DNA of 64,000 nt, taken from the NCBI RefSeq assembly GCF_003790525.1, contig NZ_CP033635.1; one strand, written 5' to 3'. Position 1 is the first letter of the stretch, and each line of letters starts with the position of its first letter. Under the pieces are notes generated by a model that had not been told where the DNA came from, ran no database searches, and was given only the letters and a program-made list of their open reading frames with translations. The DNA is from Escherichia coli. Lineage in GTDB: Bacteria; Pseudomonadota; Gammaproteobacteria; Enterobacterales; Enterobacteriaceae. Positions 11,049 through 22,299 of the stretch are shown piece by piece. Made by a program: the position numbers and the translations under genes.

Positions 11049-11957
11049 ATGCAATTACGTAAACCTGCCACAGCAATCCTGGCCCTGGCGCTTTCCGCAG
11101 GACTGGCACAGGCAGATGACGCCGCCCCGGCAGCAGGCAGTACGCTGGACAAAATCGCCAAAAACGGTGTGATTGTCGTCGGTCACCGTGAATCTTCAGT
11201 ACCTTTCTCTTATTACGACAATCAGCAAAAAGTGGTGGGTTACTCGCAGGATTACTCCAACGCCATTGTTGAAGCAGTGAAAAAGAAACTCAACAAACCG
11301 GACTTGCAGGTGAAATTGATTCCGATCACCTCACAAAACCGTATTCCGCTGCTGCAAAACGGCACTTTCGATTTTGAATGTGGTTCTACCACCAACAACG
11401 TCGAACGCCAAAAACAGGCGGCTTTCTCCGACACTATTTTCGTGGTCGGTACGCGCCTGCTGACAAAAAAAGGCGGCGATATTAAAGATTTTGCCGATCT
11501 GAAAGACAAAGCCGTCGTAGTCACTTCCGGCACCACCTCTGAAGTTTTGCTCAACAAACTGAATGAAGAGCAAAAAATGAACATGCGCATCATCAGCGCC
11601 AAAGATCACGGTGACTCTTTCCGTACCCTGGAAAGCGGTCGTGCCGTTGCCTTTATGATGGATGATGCTCTGCTGGCTGGTGAACGTGCGAAAGCGAAGA
11701 AACCAGACAACTGGGAAATCGTCGGCAAGCCGCAGTCTCAGGAAGCCTACGGTTGCATGTTGCGTAAAGACGATCCGCAGTTCAAAAAGCTGATGGATGA
11801 CACTATCGCTCAGGTGCAGACCTCCGGTGAAGCGGAAAAATGGTTTGATAAATGGTTCAAAAACCCAATTCCGCCGAAAAACCTGAACATGAATTTCGAA
11901 CTGTCGGACGAAATGAAAGCACTGTTCAAAGAACCGAATGACAAGGCACTGAACTAA
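11049..11957 (+). CDS. gltI: glutamate/aspartate ABC transporter periplasmic binding protein, 302 aa
   Basis: ATG at 11049 preceded by AAGGAG; signal peptide MQLRKPATAILALALSAGLAQA; ORF-track start at 10974 is an upstream extension. Confidence 0.93.
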   Translation: MQLRKPATAILALALSAGLAQADDAAPAAGSTLDKIAKNGVIVVGHRESSVPFSYYDNQQKVVGYSQDYSNAIVEAVKKKLNKPDLQVKLIPITSQNRIPLLQNGTFDFECGSTTNNVERQKQAAFSDTIFVVGTRLLTKKGGDIKDFADLKDKAVVVTSGTTSEVLLNKLNEEQKMNMRIISAKDHGDSFRTLESGRAVAFMMDDALLAGERAKAKKPDNWEIVGKPQSQEAYGCMLRKDDPQFKKLMDDTIAQVQTSGEAEKWFDKWFKNPIPPKNLNMNFELSDEMKALFKEPNDKALN

Positions 11958-12114
11958 TTACAAGAACCAGGGGCGGAAATTCCAGCCCTCTCGATTGTTA
12001 CGTAGCACGGACAGACTATACGCCTGATGGTCGTTCCCCATCGGGCCTGAAAACCGCAATACGCTGGGTAACAATCTTCGAGGGTAGCAGTTAACGCTGC
12101 TACCCTCTTTTTTC
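11958..12114 (+). ncRNA. sroC: SroC-type sRNA region (gltI-gltJ spacer ending at an intrinsic terminator)
   Basis: location between gltI stop and gltJ start with terminator hairpin 12080-12107 and T-run; SroC is known to derive from this spacer; exact 5' end not determinable here. Confidence 0.55.
12080..12114 (+). terminator. intrinsic terminator/attenuator within the glt operon (gagggtagcag-ttaa-cgctgctaccctc + TTTTTT)
   Basis: 11-bp perfect stem plus T-run read directly. Confidence 0.8.
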
Positions 12115-12126
12115 TGGAGTAGATTT

Positions 12127-12867
12127 ATGTCTATAGACTGGAACTGGGGTATTTTTTTACAACAAGCCCCGTTCGGCAACACCACCTATCTTGGTTGGAT
12201 CTGGAGTGGTTTTCAGGTGACGATCGCTTTGTCGATCTGCGCCTGGATTATCGCTTTCCTCGTCGGTTCATTTTTCGGCATTTTACGTACCGTTCCAAAC
12301 CGTTTTCTCTCCGGTCTGGGTACGTTGTATGTCGAACTGTTCCGCAACGTGCCGTTGATTGTGCAATTCTTTACCTGGTATCTGGTGATCCCGGAGCTGT
12401 TGCCGGAGAAAATCGGCATGTGGTTTAAGGCCGAGCTGGATCCCAATATTCAGTTTTTCCTTTCATCCATGCTCTGCCTGGGGCTGTTTACCGCCGCCCG
12501 TGTTTGCGAACAGGTACGCGCCGCGATTCAGTCGTTGCCGCGTGGGCAAAAGAATGCCGCGCTGGCAATGGGTCTGACGCTACCGCAGGCTTACCGCTAT
12601 GTACTGCTGCCTAATGCTTATCGCGTTATCGTCCCGCCGATGACCTCCGAGATGATGAACCTGGTGAAAAACTCCGCCATCGCCTCGACTATCGGTCTGG
12701 TAGATATGGCGGCGCAGGCGGGTAAATTGCTCGATTACTCAGCTCATGCCTGGGAGTCGTTTACCGCCATTACGCTTGCGTATGTGTTGATTAACGCGGT
12801 TATCATGCTGGTAATGACGCTGGTTGAACGTAAAGTTCGCCTGCCCGGCAACATGGGGGGCAAATAA
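12127..12867 (+). CDS. gltJ: glutamate/aspartate ABC transporter permease, 246 aa
   Basis: ATG 12127 with GGAG upstream; polytopic membrane protein. Confidence 0.93.
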   Translation: MSIDWNWGIFLQQAPFGNTTYLGWIWSGFQVTIALSICAWIIAFLVGSFFGILRTVPNRFLSGLGTLYVELFRNVPLIVQFFTWYLVIPELLPEKIGMWFKAELDPNIQFFLSSMLCLGLFTAARVCEQVRAAIQSLPRGQKNAALAMGLTLPQAYRYVLLPNAYRVIVPPMTSEMMNLVKNSAIASTIGLVDMAAQAGKLLDYSAHAWESFTAITLAYVLINAVIMLVMTLVERKVRLPGNMGGK

Positions 12868-13541
12868 TGTACGAGTTTGACTGGAGTTCCATAGTTCCTT
12901 CCCTGCCATATCTGCTCGACGGGCTGGTGATCACCCTGAAAATCACCGTCACGGCAGTCGTGATTGGTATTTTGTGGGGCACCATGCTGGCGGTGATGCG
13001 CTTGTCCAGCTTTGCGCCCGTAGCGTGGTTTGCCAAAGCCTACGTTAACGTATTCCGCTCGATTCCTTTAGTTATGGTTTTGCTGTGGTTTTACCTGATT
13101 GTGCCGGGTTTTCTGCAAAACGTGCTGGGATTATCGCCAAAAAATGATATCCGTTTAATCTCGGCGATGGTGGCGTTTTCGATGTTTGAAGCGGCCTACT
13201 ATTCAGAGATTATCCGTGCCGGTATTCAAAGTATTTCCCGTGGTCAGTCGAGCGCCGCGCTGGCGTTGGGGATGAATCACTGGCAGTCGATGAAACTGAT
13301 TATTCTGCCGCAGGCGTTCCGCGCGATGGTGCCGCTGCTGCTCACTCAGGGCATCGTACTGTTCCAGGATACCTCACTGGTGTATGTGTTATCTCTGGCC
13401 GATTTCTTCCGTACCGCCTCAACCATTGGTGAGCGTGATGGTACGCAGGTCGAGATGATCCTGTTTGCCGGGTTTGTTTATTTCGTTATTAGCCTTAGCG
13501 CATCGTTGTTGGTCAGCTACTTGAAAAGAAGGACAGCATAA
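12867..13541 (+). CDS. gltK: glutamate/aspartate ABC transporter permease, 224 aa
   Basis: TAATG overlap with gltJ; permease fold. Confidence 0.93.
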   Translation: MYEFDWSSIVPSLPYLLDGLVITLKITVTAVVIGILWGTMLAVMRLSSFAPVAWFAKAYVNVFRSIPLVMVLLWFYLIVPGFLQNVLGLSPKNDIRLISAMVAFSMFEAAYYSEIIRAGIQSISRGQSSAALALGMNHWQSMKLIILPQAFRAMVPLLLTQGIVLFQDTSLVYVLSLADFFRTASTIGERDGTQVEMILFAGFVYFVISLSASLLVSYLKRRTA

Positions 13542-14266
13542 TGATTACCCTGAAAAATGTTTCAAAATGGTATGGTCACTTTCAGGTGCTGACCGACTGC
13601 TCAACCGAAGTGAAAAAAGGCGAAGTGGTGGTGGTTTGCGGCCCGTCTGGTTCCGGCAAATCAACGCTGATTAAAACCGTCAACGGCCTCGAACCGGTGC
13701 AGCAAGGTGAAATCACCGTCGATGGCATCGTGGTTAATGATAAGAAAACCGATCTGGCAAAGCTGCGTTCCCGCGTCGGGATGGTGTTTCAGCATTTCGA
13801 GCTGTTCCCCCATCTGTCGATTATCGAAAACCTGACCCTGGCGCAGGTGAAAGTGCTTAAACGCAATAAAGCGCCGGCTCGTGAAAAAGCATTGAAATTG
13901 CTGGAGCGCGTCGGGCTTTCCGCACATGCCAATAAGTTTCCGGCGCAGCTTTCCGGCGGCCAGCAGCAGCGAGTGGCGATCGCTCGCGCATTGTGCATGG
14001 ATCCTATTGCCATGCTGTTCGACGAACCAACGTCGGCGCTGGATCCGGAGATGATCAACGAAGTGCTGGACGTGATGGTCGAACTGGCGAACGAAGGAAT
14101 GACGATGATGGTGGTGACCCACGAAATGGGCTTTGCCCGTAAAGTGGCGAATCGGGTGATCTTTATGGACGAGGGTAAAATTGTCGAAGACTCGCCGAAA
14201 GACGCTTTCTTCGATGATCCGAAATCGGACCGCGCAAAAGACTTCCTCGCGAAAATCCTGCATTAA
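13541..14266 (+). CDS. gltL: glutamate/aspartate ABC transporter ATP-binding protein, 241 aa
   Basis: TAATG overlap with gltK; Walker [10 protein letters not shown], signature [15 protein letters not shown]. Confidence 0.95.
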   Translation: MITLKNVSKWYGHFQVLTDCSTEVKKGEVVVVCGPSGSGKSTLIKTVNGLEPVQQGEITVDGIVVNDKKTDLAKLRSRVGMVFQHFELFPHLSIIENLTLAQVKVLKRNKAPAREKALKLLERVGLSAHANKFPAQLSGGQQQRVAIARALCMDPIAMLFDEPTSALDPEMINEVLDVMVELANEGMTMMVVTHEMGFARKVANRVIFMDEGKIVEDSPKDAFFDDPKSDRAKDFLAKILH

Positions 14267-14273
14267 TCACTCT

Positions 14274-14297
14274 GGCGCGCATACCCAAGTGCGCGCC
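14274..14297 (+). terminator. GC-rich hairpin downstream of gltL (ggcgcgc...gcgcgcc), weak T-tract
   Basis: inverted repeat read directly; no strong U-run. Confidence 0.3.
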
Positions 14298-14383
14298 ATC
14301 TCACGCTTTATCGTTTCGCTCCTCGTATCTGTTACATCCTGGCGGTACCCTTGTCGCAAAGAAGCACACAACAAGGAGCAACA

Positions 14384-15319
14384 ATGGCACTGCCAATTCT
14401 GTTAGATTGCGACCCAGGTCATGACGACGCTATCGCAATCGTTCTCGCCCTCGCCTCACCAGAGCTTGATGTCAAAGCAATTACGTCTTCCGCCGGAAAC
14501 CAGACACCAGAAAAAACCTTACGCAATGTTCTGTGTATGCTGACCTTGCTTAATCGCACCGATATTCCGGTAGCAAGCGGTGCGGTAAAACCATTAATGC
14601 GTGATTTGATTATCGCGGACAATGTGCACGGCGAAAGCGGTCTCGACGGCCCGGCATTACCGGAACCGACGTTCGCACCGCAAAACTGTACGGCGGTGGA
14701 GCTGATGGCGAAAACGCTGTGTGAAAGTGAGGAACCTGTCACCATTGTTTCTACCGGACCGCAAACTAACGTTGCCTTGCTGCTCAATAGCCACCCGGAA
14801 CTGCATAGCAAAATTGCCCGTATCGTGATTATGGGCGGCGCAATGGGGCTTGGTAACTGGACGCCTGCGGCTGAATTTAATATTTACGTTGACCCGGAAG
14901 CGGCAGAAATTGTCTTCCAGTCAGGGATCCCGGTGGTGATGGCCGGTCTGGATGTTACTCACAAAGCACAAATTCACGTTGAGGACACCGAGCGTTTCCG
15001 CGCCATTGGCAACCCTGTTTCAACCATTGTTGCCGAACTGCTGGATTTCTTCCTCGAATATCATAAAGACGAAAAATGGGGCTTTGTCGGCGCACCGCTG
15101 CATGACCCATGCACCATCGCCTGGCTGTTAAAACCGGAGTTGTTTACCACTGTTGAGCGCTGGGTTGGCGTGGAAACACAAGGGAAATATACCCAAGGTA
15201 TGACGGTTGTTGATTATTATTATCTGACTGGCAATAAACCGAATGCCACTGTAATGGTCGATGTTGATCGTCAGGGCTTTGTTGATTTACTGGCCGATCG
15301 TCTGAAATTTTACGCTTAA
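14384..15319 (+). CDS. rihA: pyrimidine-specific ribonucleoside hydrolase, 311 aa
   Basis: ATG 14384 with AAGGAG upstream; nucleoside hydrolase DCDPGHDD motif. Confidence 0.93.
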   Translation: MALPILLDCDPGHDDAIAIVLALASPELDVKAITSSAGNQTPEKTLRNVLCMLTLLNRTDIPVASGAVKPLMRDLIIADNVHGESGLDGPALPEPTFAPQNCTAVELMAKTLCESEEPVTIVSTGPQTNVALLLNSHPELHSKIARIVIMGGAMGLGNWTPAAEFNIYVDPEAAEIVFQSGIPVVMAGLDVTHKAQIHVEDTERFRAIGNPVSTIVAELLDFFLEYHKDEKWGFVGAPLHDPCTIAWLLKPELFTTVERWVGVETQGKYTQGMTVVDYYYLTGNKPNATVMVDVDRQGFVDLLADRLKFYA

Positions 15320-15402
15320 CACACGTCATTGATTAAGATCACCACGCGTTACCTGGGTGGTCTTAATCTGTTTATCTCTTTTTCTTTCAAGATATAAATG
15401 CA

Positions 15403-17073
15403 ATGGATAATGCAGAACTCGCCATTGGTATCGATCTCGGTACTACCAATAGTTTAATTGCCGTCTGGAAAGACGGTGCCGCGCAATTAATTCCAAATAA
15501 GTTCGGTGAATATTTAACACCATCCATAATTAGCATGGATGAAAATAATCATATTTTAGTCGGAAAACCGGCTGTATCACGGCGTACTTCGCATCCGGAT
15601 AAAACGGCAGCGTTATTTAAACGTGCAATGGGCAGTAATACCAACTGGCGGTTAGGCAGCGACACATTTAACGCGCCAGAACTGTCCTCTTTGGTATTAC
15701 GCTCATTAAAAGAAGATGCCGAAGAATTTCTGCAACGTCCGATTAAAGATGTGGTGATCTCCGTTCCGGCTTATTTCAGCGATGAACAACGCAAGCATAC
15801 CCGTTTAGCAGCGGAGTTAGCCGGGTTAAATGCGGTACGCTTAATTAATGAACCCACAGCAGCTGCGATGGCATATGGCCTGCATACGCAACAAAATACC
15901 CGCTCGCTGGTTTTTGATCTCGGTGGCGGCACGTTTGACGTCACGGTGCTCGAATACGCCACGCCGGTGATTGAAGTTCACGCCTCCGCTGGCGACAACT
16001 TTCTTGGCGGCGAAGATTTTACTCATATGCTGGTGGATGAAGTTTTAAAACGCGCCGCAGTGGCTAAAAACATGCTCAACGAAAGTGAGCTGGCAGCCCT
16101 GTACACCAGCGTGGAAGCGGCAAAATGTAGCAATCAATTACCGCTGCAAATTAGCTGGCAGTATCAGGAAGAAACGCGTGAGTGCGAATTTTACGAGAAC
16201 GAACTGGAAGATTTGTGGTTGCCGCTGCTCAATCGCTTGCGAGTGCCGATTGAACAGGCGTTGCGCGATGCACGTCTGAAGCCAAGTCAAATCGACAGTC
16301 TGGTGCTGGTTGGCGGCGCATCACAAATGCCGCTGGTGCAGCGAATCGCCGTGCGTCTGTTTGGCAAATTACCGTATCAAAGTTACGATCCGAGCACCAT
16401 TGTCGCGCTGGGCGCAGCAATCCAGGCCGCCTGCCGCTTACGCAGTGAAGATATTGAAGAAGTGATCCTCACTGATATTTGCCCCTACTCCTTAGGTGTT
16501 GAAGTTAACCGCCAGGGCGTTTCCGGCATTTTCTCACCGATTATTGAACGAAATACCACTGTGCCGGTGTCGCGAGTAGAAACTTACTCGACCATGCACC
16601 CGGAGCAGGATTCAATAACGATTAATGTTTATCAGGGAGAAAATCACAAAGTTAAGAATAATATACTGGTTGAATCCTTTGATGTTCCGCTGAAGAAAAC
16701 CGGGGCTTATCAGTCTATTGATATTCGCTTTAGTTATGATATTAACGGATTGCTTGAAGTTGACGTGCTTCTGGAAGACGGCAGCGTTAAGTCCAGAGTC
16801 ATTAACCACAGCCCGGTAACGTTAAGTACCCAGCAAATTGAAGAGAGTCGGGCACGGTTATCCGCATTAAAAATTTATCCGCGCGATATGCTCATCAACC
16901 GTACCTTTAAAGCCAAACTGGAAGAGTTATGGGCGCGGGCGCTGGGTGACGAGCGAGAAGAGATTGGCCGGGTAATCACCGATTTTGATGCGGCGCTGCA
17001 ATCAAACGATATGGCCCGCGTCGATGAAGTTCGTCGACGGGCGAGCGATTATTTGGCCATTGAGATCCCTTAA
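15403..17073 (+). CDS. hscC: Hsp70-family chaperone HscC, 556 aa
   Basis: Hsp70 ATPase motifs IGIDLGTTNS and DLGGGTFD. Confidence 0.93.
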   Translation: MDNAELAIGIDLGTTNSLIAVWKDGAAQLIPNKFGEYLTPSIISMDENNHILVGKPAVSRRTSHPDKTAALFKRAMGSNTNWRLGSDTFNAPELSSLVLRSLKEDAEEFLQRPIKDVVISVPAYFSDEQRKHTRLAAELAGLNAVRLINEPTAAAMAYGLHTQQNTRSLVFDLGGGTFDVTVLEYATPVIEVHASAGDNFLGGEDFTHMLVDEVLKRAAVAKNMLNESELAALYTSVEAAKCSNQLPLQISWQYQEETRECEFYENELEDLWLPLLNRLRVPIEQALRDARLKPSQIDSLVLVGGASQMPLVQRIAVRLFGKLPYQSYDPSTIVALGAAIQAACRLRSEDIEEVILTDICPYSLGVEVNRQGVSGIFSPIIERNTTVPVSRVETYSTMHPEQDSITINVYQGENHKVKNNILVESFDVPLKKTGAYQSIDIRFSYDINGLLEVDVLLEDGSVKSRVINHSPVTLSTQQIEESRARLSALKIYPRDMLINRTFKAKLEELWARALGDEREEIGRVITDFDAALQSNDMARVDEVRRRASDYLAIEIP

Positions 17074-17075
17074 AC

Positions 17076-17183
<108 letters not shown>

Positions 17184-18635
17184 CTAACTGAACAACATCG
17201 CGATTTTACCGATCGCGTAACCTATCACCAGCACCGTTAAGCTGATTTTGATAATGCTGGTAATGCTCTGTGGTTTTTCATCCTCATCATTTTTTTCTTC
17301 GTGGTTTTCAGGTGTTGGCTCATCGACATCTTCATCCTCCGGCTCGAGTTTCACTTTCGTCAACAGCATCCGCGTGATAATGGCCTCTAATGGATGAGCA
17401 TCTCCACCTTCCAGCCTTGTATTAAGACGGGCCAGCATCTCTTGTTTCGGGAACGCTTCCAGCACAACCTGTTCCGCTACCCGATACAAATCCAGTAACG
17501 GTGAATCTTGTTCTGTCTCGCTACCGACTCTCGATTTCCACCATGCCCATGCTTTGCGCTTGAAGAATAACGACTCAATAAACGATTGACCTAACGGCGA
17601 TAATTTTCCGCTATGTAAAATTTCCGCCCATAACAGCCGCGTCCGGGCGCTCTCACCAGGAACATATTTCAACGGTTGACCTTGCGCATCTATCATGCTT
17701 CGCGCTTCGATAACCATCACTAATAACGCGAAATAATCCGGGCAATGACGCTTGCTCCACTGCAACAACAAATTATCAGCTTGTGTAGATGGGTAACTCT
17801 CCCGGTATGCGCAGAGATCGGCAAGCAGGCTTTCCCCCTCGCCACAGTACAACCGTTGCGCACACTGGTAATAACGGGCATCTTCGCTTTCTGGATTTTC
17901 TGCTTGCCACTGTTGGGCAACAGGAATAAGTTCCGCCATACCTGTTTTCACCGAGCTGTACCAGCGCAACAGTTTGCGATGTAACTTGACATCATCAGGA
18001 ATGAACCACGGACCTTCCATTGCCATAAACGCAGTGACATAGTCAGGATGGTAACGGCAGCAGCGTTCCAGCGCGAAGTAATACTCAACAGTCTGGTTCT
18101 GCAACGCGACGGGATATTCCAGAAGGCTAAGGAAATCGAAACAATCACCAGCCTGAATGGCCTCAAGAAAAGCCTCCCTTTCTTCCTCATCCATTCCTTC
18201 GCTGTCATTAAACGAATGCCAGTTCAAACGCTCTGCCAGCAAAGAAGCACAATTTAATGAAAGATATCGCGCTTCTATAGCGACTGCACACAGCGGCCAG
18301 CGTAATTGATCGACATCCTCCATGTTCCAGGTATTTAATTGCTGAATAAATTTCTGCCAGGCGGAGGGCTGAAAACGATCACTTTCAGAATCCAGTAATG
18401 CCCTGAATGCACGTAGTATTTCATGTTCAGCGGCGGCATCTTTTTCTTCATCATCTGCTTCCTCGACAGGATTTACCGCCAGTCGCAGCGCCTCTTCATA
18501 GGCCTGGCGTAATGCTTTAAACCCCTGCGGATCGGTTTCGGGATGACACAACGGTAAGCGAGCAAGATAAGCCTGGCGGATAATGTCTATTTGCGTCGTG
18601 CTTTCAATTTCGAGGATTTGCCAACATGTTTTCAT
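17184..18635 (-). CDS. djlC: J-domain-like co-chaperone of HscC, C-terminal membrane anchor, 483 aa
   Basis: N-terminal J-like segment with HPE at the HPD position; hydrophobic C-tail; start overlaps ybeU stop by 4 nt. Confidence 0.9.
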   Translation of the reverse strand: MKTCWQILEIESTTQIDIIRQAYLARLPLCHPETDPQGFKALRQAYEEALRLAVNPVEEADDEEKDAAAEHEILRAFRALLDSESDRFQPSAWQKFIQQLNTWNMEDVDQLRWPLCAVAIEARYLSLNCASLLAERLNWHSFNDSEGMDEEEREAFLEAIQAGDCFDFLSLLEYPVALQNQTVEYYFALERCCRYHPDYVTAFMAMEGPWFIPDDVKLHRKLLRWYSSVKTGMAELIPVAQQWQAENPESEDARYYQCAQRLYCGEGESLLADLCAYRESYPSTQADNLLLQWSKRHCPDYFALLVMVIEARSMIDAQGQPLKYVPGESARTRLLWAEILHSGKLSPLGQSFIESLFFKRKAWAWWKSRVGSETEQDSPLLDLYRVAEQVVLEAFPKQEMLARLNTRLEGGDAHPLEAIITRMLLTKVKLEPEDEDVDEPTPENHEEKNDEDEKPQSITSIIKISLTVLVIGYAIGKIAMLFS

Positions 18636-19339
18636 AGGTCGCTCACATCCTTAAGCGTTACCGGGCATTCAGGCTGGACAGTTAATGGCTGCCAGGGAAG
18701 CGTGGCATAGAAACGGTCGCTTCCCGCTGCCAGCTCTTCGAACATCCGACTCCCGGCGCTATCGTATTTGTACAGGGTTAGCGCCTCGCGTAGCGAAGCG
18801 TTGTCTTCGCACTGAGAAGATTGCCAGTAGAGACGCCCTAACGAATAGGCGGAAAAATAGTGCATCCAGCTGTGATAGTAATGGTGTGCTCGTATATAGA
18901 CGCGCGATTGCAGCCATAAACTCTCGTCTTCCGTCAGCCACTTGTTGAGCACACCAACCCGTGATAAAAAACCCATCCGCACATAATCCCAGGCTTTGAT
19001 TCCCCCTTCCCCACAACACATAGCGGTTTGGGCAACGAATTGGGTATAAATCAACCCTCTCTCCGAGCCGCCAGCAATTAATGCTTTCCACTCTTCAGGG
19101 GAAGAGCGATGCCATGTCAGATATAAGCCAGCTAAATCATTGGCATGACCATCATCGGTCATCTGATAAATAGTCTGAATTAAATCATCACGATTATTTA
19201 TTCCCCAGGATGATGAGAGATCGAATTCTTTTATCCCGGTATACATTTTTGGCGAGTCATGCGCGGGCTTGCAACCCTGATTAAGTATTTCCATGGGCGT
19301 AGAAAGCGCAAAAAGAAGATATTGTTCTTCCTTATTCAT
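18632..19339 (-). CDS. ybeU: DUF1266-family protein, 235 aa
   Basis: translation matches recalled YbeU; paralog of the ORF at 21429-22136. Confidence 0.88.
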   Translation of the reverse strand: MNKEEQYLLFALSTPMEILNQGCKPAHDSPKMYTGIKEFDLSSSWGINNRDDLIQTIYQMTDDGHANDLAGLYLTWHRSSPEEWKALIAGGSERGLIYTQFVAQTAMCCGEGGIKAWDYVRMGFLSRVGVLNKWLTEDESLWLQSRVYIRAHHYYHSWMHYFSAYSLGRLYWQSSQCEDNASLREALTLYKYDSAGSRMFEELAAGSDRFYATLPWQPLTVQPECPVTLKDVSDL

Positions 19340-19440
19340 TTGTTAATAATCCCTTATGTGCATTAACTGACTACTTTTTTATTATTGATGAGTATAAACT
19401 TGACGCTTTCAAAATAAAAAGAAAATCGAAGCATTCACTC

Positions 19441-19995
19441 ATGAATAAAAAATTAATGTATATATTCGCAATATTTATAGTTGCAGCAATAACCTGTATT
19501 AGCCAACCCAAGAAAACGACGTTGCGTGATAAAGCCATGGCGAATTATGCCTTTGATTATTTAAGCTCACCGGGCAGTCTTCCATTCACCACGGCAGCCA
19601 CGGAGCTTTCCGCGATTCATGGTCACTCAACGTCGCAATATCGCCTTGGAGAATTTTATCTTCATGGTAGCGACGGTAAACCACTGGATTATACACAGGC
19701 GAGATACTGGTATGAGCAATCAGCGGAACAGGAAAATCCACGCGCGCAAAGTAAACTGGGGTGGATCTACCTCAAAGGTCTGGGGGTCAAACCCGATACC
19801 CGTAAAGCAATTCTCTGGTATAAGGAAGCAGCTGAACAAGGGTATGCTCATGCTCAATATACTTTAGGTTTGATCTACAGAAACGGCTCAGGTATTAATG
19901 TTAACCATTATGAATCTCAAAAATGGTTAAAACTGGCCGCCAAACAACATTACAAAAACGCGGAAAGATTACTTGCCGGGCTTCCCGCACATTAA
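19441..19995 (+). CDS. ybeT: Sel1-repeat (TPR-like) protein with N-terminal signal/anchor, 184 aa
   Basis: repeated ~36-aa motifs such as AQ..LG..Y..G.GV and WY..AAEQG. Confidence 0.88.
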   Translation: MNKKLMYIFAIFIVAAITCISQPKKTTLRDKAMANYAFDYLSSPGSLPFTTAATELSAIHGHSTSQYRLGEFYLHGSDGKPLDYTQARYWYEQSAEQENPRAQSKLGWIYLKGLGVKPDTRKAILWYKEAAEQGYAHAQYTLGLIYRNGSGINVNHYESQKWLKLAAKQHYKNAERLLAGLPAH

Positions 19996-20004
19996 CGTCG
20001 ACTG

Positions 20005-21432
20005 TCACCCGAACAGATGGAGTATTTTCCCTATCAAACCGGCAAAGATAAAAATGTAGAAAATAATTTTGATGACGCCCAGGCAGCCCGGCCCACCATC
20101 GTCAACGGGCATCGACTGCGGTTGCGGCTCCGGTTCGACGGTTTGCTTCTCGGTAAAATTTGCCGCCTGAATTAATAATCGACGAATCATTAATGCTTCC
20201 AGTGGACAACGATCTTCTGCATCAAGGCGGCTGACGATCGGCATTAATGATTCTTCTGTCGGTTGGCTGGCCTGAACTAATTGTTTAGCAACTAAATATA
20301 ATGGCCATAAGGGATGTTCTGTATCACGCGTGAGTGAGATCCGCGGCTTACGTCCTTTGTGCAAAACCATCTCGACCAGAGAACGCCCCAGCGCAGAGAG
20401 TTTTTCATCACTGAGTATTTCGTATAAATGAAAACGCGTACGAGCGCTGTCACCAGGGACATAAAGTAGCGGTTTTCCCTGATCGTTAACCAGATCACGC
20501 GCTTCAATCATCATCACCACTAACGGGTAATAATCGACCCGATGCTGACGGCACCATTGCAACATTAAAGCATCCGCCTGGGTGGAGGGATACTCGCGCC
20601 AGTAGTCACAAAGTTCTGCCAGCAGGCTTTCGCCTTCTCCACAATAGACGCGTTGCGCGTATTCATAATAACGCGCATCTTCATTATCAGGTTCAGCTTC
20701 CCGCCACGACCGGGCGTAATCCAGAAGTTCGGGGATATCCAGACGGCTTGTGCTATACCAGCGGAGTAAATTTCTGTGCAAATTTGCATCATCGGGGATA
20801 ATCACTGCGCGATGTTGCGCTAAATACAATGTCAGCCATTCTGGATGCGATGACCAAATCCGAGCGAACATTTGGTAAAAATCAATGGTGTCATTTTGTA
20901 CGGCAACGGGCAGATGCAGAATGGTCTGGAAGTTAAAAACATTCCCCTTCGCAATGGCATATAAAAAGGATTCCAGTTCTTCTTCGTCTATTTCCCCGAC
21001 GTTTTCCTCCTGCAACCACCGCAATCTTTCTGCTAATAACACCACGCACTCGAAGGATAAATGGGCAGTGTTCATGGCTATTGTGCACAGCGACCAGCGT
21101 AATTCATCAATATCTTCCATCGAGCAATAATTTAATTGCTGAATGAATCGCTGCCAGGCAGAGGGCAGAAAACGTTCGCTATCAGAGGCGAGTAACGCAC
21201 GAAAGGCGAGCAGAATTTCATGTTCTGCAACTTCATGTTCTTCTGGTTGCCAAACAGATTTAGCAGGCGACTGCGCAATCCGTAGCGCGTCCTCATACGC
21301 CTGACGAAGTTGTTTAAAACCCTGCGGATCGGTTTCTGGATGAAAGGACGGTAACAGCGCCAGATAAGCGCGGCGGATAATATCGACGTCAGTCGTTTCC
21401 TCTATTTCGAGAATCTTCCAGCAATTTTTCAT
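20005..21432 (-). CDS. djlB: J-domain-like co-chaperone paralog, C-terminal membrane anchor, 475 aa
   Basis: paralog of djlC (~75% identity over the first 50 aa, by eye); HPE at the HPD position; hydrophobic C-tail. Confidence 0.9.
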   Translation of the reverse strand: MKNCWKILEIEETTDVDIIRRAYLALLPSFHPETDPQGFKQLRQAYEDALRIAQSPAKSVWQPEEHEVAEHEILLAFRALLASDSERFLPSAWQRFIQQLNYCSMEDIDELRWSLCTIAMNTAHLSFECVVLLAERLRWLQEENVGEIDEEELESFLYAIAKGNVFNFQTILHLPVAVQNDTIDFYQMFARIWSSHPEWLTLYLAQHRAVIIPDDANLHRNLLRWYSTSRLDIPELLDYARSWREAEPDNEDARYYEYAQRVYCGEGESLLAELCDYWREYPSTQADALMLQWCRQHRVDYYPLVVMMIEARDLVNDQGKPLLYVPGDSARTRFHLYEILSDEKLSALGRSLVEMVLHKGRKPRISLTRDTEHPLWPLYLVAKQLVQASQPTEESLMPIVSRLDAEDRCPLEALMIRRLLIQAANFTEKQTVEPEPQPQSMPVDDGGPGCLGVIKIIFYIFIFAGLIGKILHLFG

Positions 21433-22136
21433 AGGTCGCTCATATCCTTAAGCGTTTCCGGGCATGTGGGGTAGTCAGCCAGTGGTTGCCAGGGTAAGGT
21501 CGCGTAATATGCATCGTCACTGGCAAATAATTGATAAAACATATCATTGCCGGAATCGTCGTATTCTTTACGCGCTAAGAATTCACGTAATAAAGGCAGA
21601 TCATCATCCTCGGGAGACTGCCAATATTGCCGACCAAAGGTATAACCGGCAAAGTATTGCCGCCAGTGACTATAATAACGTAGAGCCCGTAGATGAATGC
21701 GCGACTGGATCCACAGGCTTTCTTCTTCACTCAACCAGTTATTAAGTACGCCCATTCGGCTTAAAAAACCCATCCGGACATAATCCCAGGCTTTAATTCC
21801 TCCCTCACCACAGCATTCGGCGGTGCTGGCGACAAATTGCGCATAAGCCTGACCTTGCTCATTTAATTCAGCAAGATAGTCACGCCATTCACATGGCGAA
21901 TAACGAAACCAGCAGTGATAAAACCCTGCCAACCGCGCGGCATGACCGTTATCAATCATTCGGTAAATTGTGCGCAGCAGGTCATCACGGTCATCAATTC
22001 TCCAGGAGGAAGAAAGGTCAAAAAAGCGTGTACCTAAATACATTTTGGGGGATGAATGCGAAGGTAAACAGCATTCATTGCGTATTTCCATCGGAGTGGA
22101 AAGTGCAAACAATATTTTTTGCGACTCCATGTCCAT
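21429..22136 (-). CDS. ybeR: DUF1266-family protein, 235 aa
   Basis: paralog of ybeU; start chosen at the ATG at 22136 with AAGGA 9 nt upstream (ORF extends in frame to 22163). Confidence 0.85.
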   Translation of the reverse strand: MDMESQKILFALSTPMEIRNECCLPSHSSPKMYLGTRFFDLSSSWRIDDRDDLLRTIYRMIDNGHAARLAGFYHCWFRYSPCEWRDYLAELNEQGQAYAQFVASTAECCGEGGIKAWDYVRMGFLSRMGVLNNWLSEEESLWIQSRIHLRALRYYSHWRQYFAGYTFGRQYWQSPEDDDLPLLREFLARKEYDDSGNDMFYQLFASDDAYYATLPWQPLADYPTCPETLKDMSDL

Positions 22137-22299
22137 ATAATTCATCCTTAAATATTCATTCAATGAATATTAACCACGTTGCGAGGCTCATTTATTTATA
22201 CTTTTCTGACGCAACATAATACGCATAAAATAAGGCTTACGCAAAAATGGAACACATAAAAATATAATATGTTTTATATGCAACCATAAGGAAATGATA

